This document shows positions 1 through 11,969 of a stretch of DNA of 64,000 nt, piece after piece. Below the pieces are notes generated by a model, which saw only the letters and a program-made list of their open reading frames with translations, made no database searches and was not told where the DNA came from. Within the stretch, counting starts at the first letter, position 1, and each line of letters starts with the position of its first letter. The stretch lies in assembly GCF_006345805.1 (NCBI RefSeq), contig NC_043010.1, positions 50,778,001-50,842,000 on the forward strand. The letters are read 5' to 3'. The translations under genes and the position numbers were made by a program. This stretch comes from Octopus sinensis. Lineage: Eukaryota.

Positions 1-38
1 AATGAAGCATGTTAATGCCACAACGAAACATCATTTGC

Positions 39-955
39 TCATTCGTGGAGAAGAATTGGTCCTTTTCTATTGACCAATGCTGGCTGTTGTTGTCGGAGTT
101 TCTTGTCCATTTTATCCATTTGCTGACAGTACTTCGCCGTAATGGTTTCGCCTGGATCCAAAAAGCTGTGATTAATGAGACTGGCCGCAGACCACCAAAC
201 AGTCACCATGACCTTCTTTTGGAGCAACTTTGGCTTCGGGAAGTGCCGTGGAGCTTCGTCGGCGCCCAACCACTGAGCTGAACGTCGCCGGTTGTCGTAA
301 AGAATCCACTGTTCATCGCAAGTCACAATCCGGTCGAGAAAGGGATCGTTCTTGTTGCGTAAAAGAAGGGAAGACGATATTTCAAAACGGCCTCTTTTTT
401 TGTTGTCGTTCAATTCGTGCGGCACCCATTTCTCAAGTATTTTTGTTTTTCCAATCTCTTTCAAGTGGTTGGAAATTGTCGTAAACGTTACGTCTAATTC
501 AGAAGCAATCTCTCGAACAGTTGTGCGTGGATTGGCTTCGACTAAGGTTTTTAGTTGATCGTTGTCAACAGCCGAAGGCCGACCACTACGCTTATCATCT
601 TCAAGACTCTCGTCACCGCTACGAAATTTCTTGAACCACCATTGTGCTGTACGTTCATTACTGATTCCTGGGCCAAATGCATCGTTGATATCGCGAGCTG
701 TTTCAGCAGCTTTTCGGCCCAGCTTGAACTGGAATAAGAAAATTGTGCGAATTTGCTTTTTGTCCATGTTGTATTCAACGTTCCGGAAAAAATGGCCTAA
801 TTATTCAAAAAGAAAAAGAGTAACACGATTAGATAGAGTGAAAGACGAGCTTTAAAATTATATGTAAAGTCAAAGTAATTTAACGAAAATTAATTTTAAA
901 ATACATTTAAAACCAAAATTTAAAATTCCGCAAGAACTTTCTTGACAACCTAATA
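39..955 (-). mobile_element. Mariner transposon, 5' part with truncated transposase (ORF 39-767)
   Basis: The ORF has the mariner HTH region, the WVPHEL motif and IVTCDEQW (first catalytic D). It stops at PILLHE, just before the expected DNARPH. A TIR-like end tattaggttgtcaagaaagttcttgcgg (minus strand) lies at 928-955. Confidence 0.9.
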
Positions 956-1466
956 CATACATACATAGAATATCGAAAAATAAGTGGGTGTTCGACTGTT
1001 ATGACGAGTCTTTGACATACCTAGGGGATTAGAATAATGGACCAGCCGAACTCTTATAAAGAGTAGAGGTTGGTAAGAGCCAGTGTGTTAGTTCTGCTTT
1101 GAACTCGCACCGAACGCGTAAGTTGCCTAATGGTGGTTGTTCGAATTACTGTATGTTGATTCCAGTGGCAGTTCGTGTATAGGTACTGCGAAACTGCAGT
1201 GCCCCCTATTTCCACTCGACATTATCGATAATATTCAATATATAATGAGTCCTTTCTTCTTTAATTCTTTCTTTATACTTGTATATTATACAATCCTTAA
1301 GCTTAATGTCAGTAGCCATCCTCTAGTTTATGAAAAAATACAAAAATCCTTGTATAGAACTGTGCGCGTCACAGTTCCAGCGACGCGGTGTTTGGCTGTT
1401 GTGCGCATGTTCACATGTCCGAGATAGGAAACTTCACGCTAGGGAGAGATAGCACTGTCTTTCACG

Positions 1467-1847
1467 CAGTGGCGGTGAAAGGTAATGTTTCTTTTTAACT
1501 CCGCATGTGTTGCGCTTAAAAACGTGTTTATATTCTTGAAGTGTAGAATTAGATTATAATCCTCCTACCAGCTTCAGTGTTGCTACCTGGATTTGAAAAA
1601 TAAGGCAGATTCCCCGCCCCCTTATCTTGTGATTTAGGGTAGGGGTTGAAAAACAAGGGGGAATTCGCGGTGGTGTTCTGTGAACAAATTAAATACACTA
1701 CTTCGCAGTGGCTAAAACGCGAACCGATCAAGTTGATGTATAAATATTTTTTTATATGTTTGCTTCCTTTTAAACAATATTAAAACAACGGCTAAAAATT
1801 TTCTGAAGCAGTCCCTACCCACTAATTTTATCTACGAGCCGCCACTG
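1467..1847. mobile_element. Possible MITE with CAGTGGCGG termini
   Basis: cagtggcgg at 1467 and ccgccactg ending at 1847. No clear TSD. Confidence 0.3.
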
Positions 1848-1888
1848 GTTGGTTCCGACCACTATTCTTTATAAGAGTTCTGCTAATC

Positions 1889-2312
1889 CATAGGTTCTCA
1901 AAGTGGGTGCTACCGCCCACCGGTGGGCGTTGAGACGGTCCAGGTGGGTGCTGGTGCCTAAGGGGGCGGAGGATAGAAAAAAAGAGGCGTTGGGAGGAAG
2001 GCAGTGGCTTGGGGGACGCTATGAATTTATTATAATATTATTATAGTACTGAATACAAATTATATATTATGTTAAATAGCAAATGATTCAAAATATATAT
2101 ATAAATTAGTAAAATATTAAATATTTATTTATACATAGGCGCAGGAGTGGCTGTGTGGTAAGTAGCTTGCTTACCAACCACATGGTTCTGGGTTCAGGCC
2201 CACTGCGTGGCACCTTGGGCAAGTGTCTTCTACTATAGCCTCGGGCCGACCAAAGCCTTGTGCGTGGATTTGGTAGACGGAAACTGAAAGAAGCTCGTCG
2301 TATATGTGTGTA

Positions 2313-2386
<74 letters not shown>

Positions 2387-2670
2387 TGTTTGTCTCCCCA
2401 ACATCGCTTGACAACCGAAGCTGGCGTGTTTACGTCTCCGTAACTTAGCGGTTCAGCAGAAAAAACGATAGAATAAGTACTAGGCTTACAAAGAATAAGT
2501 CCTGGGATCGATTTGCTCGACTAAAGGCGGTGCTCCAGCATGGCCGCAGTCAAATGACTGAAACAAGTAAAAAGAGTAAAAGAGTAAAAGACATAAAAAT
2601 AAGAGTGGGGCGCTGTGGGTATTATGTGACTATGAGTGGGGCGGTGGCCCAAAAGGTTACAGAACCTCTG
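1889..2670. mobile_element. hAT-like MITE interrupted by a SINE
   Basis: Termini cataggttctc and agaacctctg. Degenerate 8-bp TSD tgctaatc / ggctaatc. Confidence 0.5.
2135..2590 (+). mobile_element. tRNA-derived SINE, family A, with internal (GT)n
   Basis: Head ggcgcaggagtggctgtgtggtaag...gggttcag, core ggcaccttgggcaagtgtcttc, tail gaaacaagtaaaaagag. Many homologous copies in the window. Confidence 0.85.
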
Positions 2671-2924
2671 CGGCTAATCCATTTTTCCAATCTGCCAGGG
2701 GTGTCAACGATTCTCGCCACAACATTAACAAAAGAAATCTGCCAACCAACACGTACTGTGCAAATAAAGTCTGTAAATAGAACAGTATGATTAAAGCATG
2801 TCTTTGTAGTTAATAAGTTCTCTTTGCAACCATGTGGGCTTGGGTTCGATCCCGTTCGTGGAACCTTGAACTAATATTTTGTGAGTTTCGTTTCGTTGGT
2901 GGAAATTATGTAGAAATCTGTTGT

Positions 2925-3030
2925 ATACATGTGTATGTATGTATGTATGTATGTATGTATGTATGTATTATGTATGTATGTATGTATGTATGTATGTATG
3001 TATGTACGTATGTATGTATGTATGTATGTA
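2925..3030. repeat. (TATG)n microsatellite
   Basis: Direct reading of the sequence. Confidence 0.95.
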
Positions 3031-3549
3031 TTAATGGATCCTCTACTAGACAGTTCTACCTGAACTTCGGGAGTCAAGTGTATCATATGGTTGGTGAAGT
3101 CTGTGGACGCGCTCGCAACCTCTACATGCGTGGTGAGAAGCCACATCCTACTCGGGGTGACCTTCGGGCAGCGGTCCAGGAGGTATATATAGGCCGACAT
3201 CATAGCAATTGAACACTGTGGTCCTGCGTGGATGAATACACCAGCTCAAGTTAGCTGAGCACTATAGAAGTTAGACGAAGACTCAGAATTTACTGGTTTA
3301 ACATTACCCGATGTATATTATGGACACAATGCATCGTATAGACTGAGAGATGAACGGCAGCCTTGAAACCTCCAGGAGGTCTACCTCCTCACTAGCTACT
3401 GGAGTGGAACGAGACCACTTTGTGGAAACCTCAATACAATTGTATGAGGTGTCAAGCTCAGCCTTGCCCGATAGTGTTCTACTGCTAATGAGAGAAGAAA
3501 TCGAGGCAAAATCACTCAACAGAAAAGCACGTGTGTTGGTACTGGAGTG

Positions 3550-4300
3550 TAAAAATATTATACCAGACAGGATAACTATATAATATCATCCAAAAAATAT
3601 TGGTGTTAAATGCAACAAACTTGGCCTCATAGAGACACACTGGATTGGGTCTGGACTTTTCATTACAGCAGATGGCAACCTAATCAGGTAATGAGAAGGA
3701 GAGCAATACAAAACTGGAATAGGAGTCATCCCTTCATGAGAAGTATCGCACAGTGATCTCACGTCGAGCTCTTAACGAGAGGTTCATATACATCTCATTT
3801 CTCCAGATGTATGTTCCTTTTACAGATGCAAACAAATCCAGAACACCTTGAACATTGGCTCAAGCTAAGGCATACTCCTTATAGCAAGAGACTTCGATAT
3901 CGAAATAGGAACAGAACCGACAGATGTGTATGTTGAAAATTTGGATTGGGAACAGCAAACAATGCGTGAGAGCGACTTTTAGAGTTTTGCTGTTATAACA
4001 ACATCTTCATCATGAATGTTGCATTCCAACATCACGCAAAGAGAAAATATATCTGACAGCCTCCAGGAGGCAGATGAAAAAAGTCAAATTGATTACATTC
4101 TCCTGATAGAGAGAAGATGAATGAGATGTGTCACAAACTCTTGAACCCACCCAGAAGTCGATTGTCTCTGGACACATGTGGTATGCGCTGCAGTCAGGCC
4201 GGGAATCAAAAATGTAAAACATAGATCACAGTCAGTAAAGCTCAACATTGATTCTCTGAACAACGTCAATGCAAACTAACTTCACTGCAGTAAACAAGTT
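3550..4300 (+). mobile_element. Decayed LINE AP-endonuclease region (RTE-like)
   Basis: Broken frames give LGLIETHWIGSG and QIDYIL...RCVTNS..PEVDC, typical APE motifs. Confidence 0.55.
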
Positions 4301-5434
4301 TGAGACAATGCATCTGACTGTTCAGCAGAAGATATGTTTCTGACAATAAAGATTGTCATAGAAACCACCGCGCAAGTCAGAAGCCATTTCCTTCTTTAAA
4401 TAAATTTGTTTCTTCTTTACAGAAGAAATTCAAATAAGGATAGCTTGCCGAGTGAACATTTCTAAGTAATACAGAGAAAATTGGATGGATGTCTTTCTCA
4501 CGAGCATTTCAGTAAAACATTAAACGACAACGTATTAGCGTCTACATGGCCGCACGACCTGTTAAAAATAATAGCTAAATTCCCTCTAATCACATCAAGC
4601 CGTTTAAAAAAAATGAAGGACACATTAGATAATGTACATTCTTTCGGTTCTGGATCGCAAAATGAAGGTAGAAATATTGACATAATTTGGCAATTTCCAA
4701 GTGGTTATATCGAATAAGCACCCAGCAATTCTTTTCTCTTTCTTATTCCTTTTCTCTCAAAAAATTTCAGATCTTATTAAATTTTTTCTGACCACTTGAA
4801 GTTCAACTTTTCTGTAGATTATTTTCAAAAAAGAATGTAGTCCTGATGTAGTTTGCATGTTGATGGCGAAAATCACGTTCTTTTGTTTTTGTTTTTCTAG
4901 AAGTCAATAATAAAGAAACTTCAAGCATTTAAAGTTATGTGATTTTAGTCAATCGAAAGCCTCTGTTACTGACATATCTTGTATGCTGATCTCCATTGCA
5001 ATGGAGTTTAGTACCCACGAAGCCTTTATATGGTCTTTCAACCTGCAAGAAACAGCAACAAATTCTTACTTAAACTACATCGTAACGTGCAAAAGGAAAG
5101 AACGAAACCTTGTGCCACATCATCGTTTATTTCTTCACTTGAGGCAGGTCCAAATACTTTCCGCTTGTTAATTGTCGATAATAACATTTAAATTCAAGTC
5201 AGTCACACCAAATGTTTATTTTTCATCGATCTCAAGACCCTAAAAACTCATATTGGACATAACAGATTGATACTAAATGTTCTTTCTTTCTTCTTATGAT
5301 AAAATTGTAAACAAACTTTTGATGGCGGAGAAAGAATTGGTTACCACCTTTTTCTTTGAACCAATTCTTTCTCCATCATCAAACTTTGTTCTTCTTTTTT
5401 TAGACTACATACTTTTTAATTAATCTCCAGAAAG

Positions 5435-6150
5435 AAAGCAGCGAGCTGGCAGAAGCGGCATTTCATCTGGCTTTACTGTAAATCCTCGAGTATAGTCCAC
5501 CCTTGAGTATAATACGCAGGGAATTTTTAGGGGGCTGTACCTCTGAAAAACCTAAACCTTGTGTATAATACTCACCCCTTCTCTAACTTGAGTCAAGGAA
5601 GTCTATATAACGTCATTGGTTTGTAAAAATGTATACGGTAACGTCCTTTATTATTATTGTATATATAACATAATGCAAACGTGTAGCTTTTTTGTGCATT
5701 TTGTTTGCAGAAAATAAAGAAATAACAGTAATAACAGTAAAAACGTTTAATAAATGTTACTTACTGCAAGTTATGGATGATTCTTTTATAACTTCATTGC
5801 TTTCAGGCTTAGCTTAAGGTATTTTCACGCCCGACATCACAAAATGCGTCTGAATAAACATTGCCCGACAGGAAATAGAGACGCGAACATTGCTTAGAAA
5901 ATATTTTTCATTTTTAACCTCGTATATAGTATGCACTAGGGATTTTGGCCTTAAAATTTTGAGGAAAAAAATGCGGATTATACTCGAGGATTTACAGTAC
6001 GTTCTGAGTTCAAATCCCACCGAGGTCGGCTTTATCTTTCGTCCTTTCGGAATCGATAAAATAAGCACCTGTTGAGCACTGGGGTCAATGTAATCGACTT
6101 AACCCCTCCTCTTCCCCCGAAATTGCTAGCCTTGTGCCAAGATATGAAAC
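5435..6150 (+). mobile_element. SINE family B (Nin/Deu-like core ctttcatcctttcggggtcgataaa), split by a MITE
   Basis: 5' part ends in ttta at 5475 and resumes as cgttctgagttcaaat at 6000. Matches the intact copy at 44665-44900. Confidence 0.7.
5476..5997. mobile_element. pogo/Tc1-mariner-type MITE with TA target duplication
   Basis: TIRs ctgtaaatcctcgagtata and tatactcgaggatttacag, each flanked by TA. Confidence 0.85.
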
Positions 6151-6529
6151 CAATCGAGAGAAATTTGAAGAACTTCAAGTGATTGAAAGAAATTCGACAA
6201 GATCCAAAATTTCCTCGCGTTCCTATGATATCAACAACAGACATTACTATTTTACACCACAACTAACCCGTCCCCCACCAAAATTTAAAGTTTTTTTTTT
6301 TTTTTAATATTATTAATATTGCGTTCAAAAATAAGGATATTTCGATTCTGAGAGAACTTTTTGATGTAATAATTTTCCACTTTCATCTTTGTGATCAAAA
6401 ACCGTTAAGAATGCTGATAATGTTATTATATCTTAGATAACGCTAAAAGCCTGGAATAGTCAAGGCTCAAGTCCCTTTCGGGTATGGTTTTCCTCGATCA
6501 GAACTAACCTCAGGTTTAAACAACAACAA

Positions 6530-6700
6530 CATCTGACGTCGTTCTGTAGAAGTTATCGAGCGGTTACGTCTATGAAGGGAGACCACTCTGTACACAGACA
6601 AAATGTGAGGCGGTTTATTATTTTGGCTTTGATGGAACTCAATTAAGATTACTACAACATCGCAACTAGATTTGGTGGTTTCTTTTCACGAAATACAGGT
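6530..6700 (+). promoter_or_regulatory. Candidate promoter / non-coding first exon of ZNF gene A
   Basis: CpG-retaining region, tgacgtc motif near 6534 and a donor-like CAG|GTTAGG at 6698/6699. Inference only. Confidence 0.2.
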
Positions 6701-7379
6701 TAGGTTTTGCTTTATAAAATAACTTAAATATATCATTGAGTAACAGAGAAAGAAATGCTTCACTGCTTTCTTTCAGTAGAACTTTTGATACCTATTGATT
6801 CTACTAAGGTGACTTTCGGATTAAGGATTATCCTTTTCAATTTCTTTGAGTTTCTTTTTTATGAATCTATGCAAATTTTATTTTGAGCACAATTCTTTTA
6901 TACAGAAAAAAAAGTTGTAAATAGTAACTCCGCGATTTTGATTGCAAATTCTTGGCGTATCTTTTTTTTTTTTTTTTCGCATTGCTTTCAATGTTATTCC
7001 TGCGACAATAGAGAAATTTAAATTAGAAATTAACACTATATCTTTTAATGACTGTTTATTTCTGCGATATAAATCATATTTTTGCTTTTGTAAGCGAAAT
7101 TAATGTTTGTTTTCTTTTTTCCTTAAGTTAATGAAAGAATTACAAGGGACGTAACTCTTCATAAGACGTTTAGCCCCAAGCCTTCCTTGATCAAGCATTC
7201 CTCTGATTTAAAGCTTTCTAATCTAATAGTTTTTATTGTATATCAGGAATACGTTGCCCAATATATCTTTCTAGTTGTTCGAATGATCGCATAGAGTCTC
7301 TCACGTTGGTTTACCATCTCCGTAAGCACAAGTCATTGAATACTGGGAGTCCATCATGCGAAACTTCTATGGTTTAAGG

Positions 7380-7610
7380 GGCGGTAGGTTGGTAGAATCG
7401 CTTAAATTATCGGAATAAATGCTTTGCGATATTTCTTCTCGCCGTTTACGTTCTGAGTTCAGATTACGCCGTGATCAACTTTGCTTTTCATCTTTTCCGG
7501 GTCGATAAAATAAAGTAACAGTCAAATACTTGAGTTTGTTATGATATCGGCTAAGACTCCACCCCTTAAAATTACTGGCATGTTCCTAAATTAGTAACAA
7601 TTATTAATGC
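7380..7610 (+). mobile_element. SINE family B, diverged
   Basis: acgttctgagttcag...ttttcatcttttccgggtcgataaaataaagt. Confidence 0.7.
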
Positions 7611-8364
7611 AGTGTATTCTTTGAATATATAAACTTTTAATTATGACGATGTGGAATTGGCGAAGAATATAGCCTAAGTTTCAGTTCTGCGCTTTTGTCG
7701 AACGATAGGAAATAGCTCTGTTGAATTACCTAGTACTTATCGTCGATATACAATAGCTTTGTTACGTCAACATGTAGGTTTTAGCTTATATTTATCGTGT
7801 ATATAGTTCTTTATTAACTAGCAATTCTGAGCTCAAATTCTATCATGGCTACAGCTTTAATTTAACTTGCTCTTCTTTGCTTATATTTTATTACGGCTAT
7901 CAGAATTCCAGAACAAACGTTCTCGTCGTGCGACTCCTGTAAGAAATTTTCTACGGATTGCGCTAAAGCTATTTTCCGTCTTCAGAAATTAATTAACGAT
8001 CTCACGTTCCTAAACTTCTCTATTGCATTGATAATTTGAGAAATAATTGAACGGTTTGAGACAGACACAAAATAATAATCAGTGATACGGCTTTGTTTGG
8101 TTAGCGAACTGTTTAGGGTATATAGGTGAATGTGGCTTTGTTAACTACAAGTTCTTTGCTTTTCTTGGATAATAACTTAGTGCGGCTAACTAACAGTTCT
8201 TAGTTTGAAGTATGTGATGGTGTGCATAACTTTGGCAGTTCTGAATGTAAATTTGATCATAGATAATAGGGTTCGTGAGTTTACTATCAATTCTGCGCCT
8301 AAATTATAATCATAGATTTGTTACATTACCTAGCAAGCAGACTAAGTTTGAATCTTCAGGAATG

Positions 8365-8735
8365 GATGGGTGGTTAAGGAATTCTCTTTGCAACCATGTG
8401 GCTTCAAGTTCAGTTCCAATATATGGCATCTTGGACGAACGTCTTCTATAACTCCAGGCTGAACAACACCTTATGAGTAAATTTGGTAAATGGAAACTTT
8501 AATGAAGCTCTTACATATATATATATATGTTTGTGTTGTGTTGTGTTTGTCCCCCACTGCCCTTTGACGACCAGTGTTTTGTTTTATGTCCCTGTAACGT
8601 AGTTCAATAAAAGAAACCAACAGAATAACTACCAGATTTTAACAAATGAGTACTGGGATCAATTCGTTTGAGTAACCCTTCAAGGCAGTGCTCCAGCATG
8701 GCCACAGTCCAATGACTGAAACAACTAAAAGAAAT
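8365..8735 (+). mobile_element. SINE family A, diverged
   Basis: Recognisable core and 3' end ctccagcatggccacagtccaatgactgaaacaa. Confidence 0.65.
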
Positions 8736-8742
8736 AAGAAGA

Positions 8743-8775
<33 letters not shown>

Positions 8776-8842
8776 AGATTTCTAATTTTCTTGATGGCAA
8801 ACATTTTTGATTTGATAGTTGCATTCATTGTATAGCATCACA

Positions 8843-9174
8843 GTCTCAAGGTCTCTCTCAAAGACTTCTCCATCAGCACAGAGACTTGGGAGACACTTGC
8901 TGCCGACCGCTCATCCTGGCGCAGCGCAATCACCACAGGAGCAGGGACAGCCGAGGAGGGACGGATTCGGTCAGCAGAGCAGAAACGCCAGATGCGGAAA
9001 GCCAGAGCCGCTTGCACCAGTAGTACGGCCCCTACCCACTTCTGCCCCACCTGTGGGAGGGGCTTCCTTGCCCGGATTGGCCTCACCAGCCACCTCCGGT
9101 CTCATAGCGGCAGTTCCACCAGATGATGTCAGTGGTCATCTTCGAACCCGAAGGACGAACATTATTATTATTAT
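8843..9174 (+). mobile_element. 5'-truncated RTE/BovB-like LINE 3' end with perfect 12-bp TSD
   Basis: Reads ...WETLAADRSSWRSAI...HFCPTCGRGFLARIGLTSHLRSH*, then a cttcg-cgaag stem-loop and (ATT)n tail. TSD tatagcatcaca at 8831-8842 and 9175-9186. Confidence 0.9.
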
Positions 9175-9737
9175 TATAGCATCACAATAAAAATAAAGAA
9201 TTTTTTCCTCGCTCTCTTTCTCTCCCAAGGTATTTTAGAATTACTGATTTTGATCATGTTACATACCCCTTTTAAGTTTTAGAAATTTCAACTTCTTTTT
9301 ATTACATAAAATTTTGCCATTTTCCTCACCACAATGATCAACTCCTTATGAGTGAATTTGGTAAATTTGGAAACTGTTCAAAGCCCATCATGTGCATGTT
9401 TGTAGATTTGGTAAACGAAAAGTGAAAGAAATGGAAAGTGAAAGATATCCATTGTGTATAATTGTGTGAGTGCTTGTGTCTCTTTGTTTTGACATCACAT
9501 GATTGTTGTCCAAGCAGTGTCATCCATTTCCAATATTCTCCAAAAACATGTCTGGCCACGGAGAAATATTATTTTGCTTGGAAATAGATAAGAGTTGGCA
9601 ACAGAAATGGCATCCAGCCCTAGGATATCTACCTCAATAAACTCCATCCCATAAACTCATGCAGGTATGAAAAAGTGGGCATTAAAACAATGAAGATATA
9701 TGTATTATCATCATCAGCATCATAATCATCATCATCA

Positions 9738-10010
9738 TAGGCACAGGAGTGGCCATGTGGTAAGTAGCTTGCTTACCAACCACATGGTCCTGGGTTCAGT
9801 CCCACTGTGTGGCACCTTGGGCAAGTATCTTCTATAGCCTCGGGCCAACCAAAGCCTTGTAAGTAGATTTGGTAGACGGAAACTGAAAGAAGCCTGTTGT
9901 ATATATATATATATGCATGTGTGTGTGTGTGTCCTCAGCATTGCTTGACAACCGATGCTGGTGTGTTTACGTCCCCGTAACTTAGCAGTTCGGCAAAATA
10001 GATCAATAGA
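9738..10010 (+). mobile_element. SINE family A, 3'-truncated
   Basis: Head and core match family A; sequence switches to a mariner fragment near 10010. Confidence 0.8.
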
Positions 10011-10402
10011 AATCAACTTTTGTACAAAAGTTGGTTTAATCGCTCTTCATCGAACTCAACTGGACGGCCAGAATGAGGTGCATCTTTGAGGTCAAAATTT
10101 CCAATTTTGAACTTGGCATACCAATCATGAGCGGTTCTTTCAGCTATGGCAATCTCTCCATACACAGCACAAATGTCGCAAGCAGCTTTTGCGGCCTTAG
10201 AACCTTGATTAAAAGCAAAAAAAAGGAGGTGTCGAAAATGCTCATATTTCTAAACTTGACATTCCATTTTAATGATCTGGAAATAAACAAAAATTAACTA
10301 GAAAAAAAAAACAAAATAGATTCCAAAATGATTCCAAAATTTAAAAACGCAATAAATTCCAAAATTTAAAAAAACCGTGGTAACTTAGTTGCCAACCCAA
10401 TA
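10010..10402 (-). mobile_element. Mariner 5' fragment (HTH region plus TIR)
   Basis: Minus strand gives HFRHLLFFAFNQGSKAAKAACDICAVYGE...WYAKFKIGNFDLKDAPHSGRP. TIR-like tattgggttggcaactaagtt ends at 10402. Confidence 0.8.
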
Positions 10403-10404
10403 TT

Positions 10405-11415
10405 ATAGGCACAAGGCTTCAAATTTGGTGGGGAAATAGCTAGTTGATTACAACAACCCCAATACTCAACTGGTACTTAGTTCATCAACCCCCATCAAAA
10501 GATGAAAGGTAAAAGGAATCTTGGCAGAATTTTAATTTGAATCATAAGGAGCAAGAAATACTGCTAAGAATTTTGTCCAACATGCTAACAATACTTATTT
10601 CTTTATTACCCACAGGGGGCTAAATATAGAGGGGACAGACATAGGTATTAAGTTGATTACATCGACCCCAGTGCGTAACTGGTACTTAATTTATCGACCC
10701 CAAAAGGATGAAAGACAAAGTCGACCTCGGCAGAATTTGAACTCACAACGTAACGACAGACAAAATACGGCTACGCATTTCGCCCGGCGTGCTAACATTT
10801 CTGCCAGCTCGCCACCTTCTAACAATACTAACATGCTAACAATACTGCCTGCTCACTGCCTCAATTATAACAATAATCCTTTCTACTATGAGCACAAGGC
10901 CTGAGATCTGGTGAGGTGATGGAGGGCACTTAATCACATCAACTCCAGTGCTCAACTGGTACTTCTACTGTCAACAACCCTGAAAGGATGAAAGGCAAAG
11001 ATAATTTCAAGAGAGGGGATAAGTTGATTAGATTGACCCCAGTTCTCAACTGGTACTTATTTTATCGACCCCCAAGAGGATGAAATGCAAAGTTGACCCC
11101 AGCAGCATTTGAACTCAGATCCTAAAGACGGATGAAATGCTGCTAAGCATTTTGCTAATGATTCTGACAGCTCACCGCCTTCATAATAATAATCTTCTCA
11201 ACTCTAGGCACAAGGCCCAAAACTTCTTGGGAGTTGGGGAGGGGGCAGATGATTAGATCGACTCCAATACGCAACTGGTACTTAATTTGTCAACCCCAAA
11301 ATGATGAAAGGCAAAGTCAACCTTGGCAGAATTTGAACTCAGAATGTAAAGACAGATGAAATACAACTAAGTATTTCACCCAGTGTGCTAATGTTTCGGC
11401 CAGCTTTCCGCTTTC
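10405..11415 (-). mobile_element. Array of about five same-orientation SINE family B copies
   Basis: The motif aactggtactt...atcgacccc...gatgaaaggcaaagt recurs near 10470, 10680, 10955, 11050 and 11275. Confidence 0.75.
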
Positions 11416-11969
11416 TGCTTTCATAATAATAATTGCGGTTTATAACTTTAGCACTAAGCCACATATTTTGAATGAAGATAATAGTCAATAAATTTGCCTT
11501 AGTATATTACTAGTATTTATTTTATTGAGTCAATGACTGGCAAAGCCAATCCAAGTGAGATTTGAACTTCATGTTTATGATAATAATAACAATAACCTTC
11601 CCGTTTCTTGTGTCTTATCATGTTTAAGAAAATCTTATTATATTTTTCAGCCACTCATTTTGTCAGGAAGGCAGTGAAAAATTACAACAGAAGCTTCATC
11701 TGTTCTTTTACATCACTTAATTCACCTGAGTCAAGAAATACTATAAATAACAGAAGACATTTGTAAATATTGCTCTGTTCTTATATTTAAACTCAGCAGT
11801 TATAGAGAAAGAGTGTTATTGATTTATGCAATGATCATTTATTTACTAACACATTCAAGAAAAATCTTTATGTGTTGATATTTTGCAGTTATTTATAATC
11901 TTTCCTGAAAATGACAATTCTTCTCTGTCAAGTATTGTGCCGACAATAAAGGTTAATATCACTGACAAA

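Larger units (their letters stand above)
1027..2692. mobile_element. Non-autonomous DNA transposon with ~45-bp TIRs, hosting nested insertions
   Basis: gattagaataatggaccagccgaactcttataaagagtagaggttgg (1027-1072) is the reverse complement of 1855-1888 joined to 2671-2692 once the nested element is removed. Confidence 0.55.

Noticed and set aside
4400-5290. Possible transposase or exon remnants
   Set aside because: Only weak, stop-ridden similarity and no pair of TIRs could be established.
8819-9190. 123-aa GC-rich ORF as a novel gene
   Set aside because: It is an alternative frame of the RTE fragment bounded by a TSD.
11883-11969. Longer N-terminus (523 aa) from the ORF track for both ZNFs
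   Set aside because: The ORF track uses non-ATG starts at the splice acceptor. A 4-nt length difference between the paralogs in this segment argues that it is 5' UTR.
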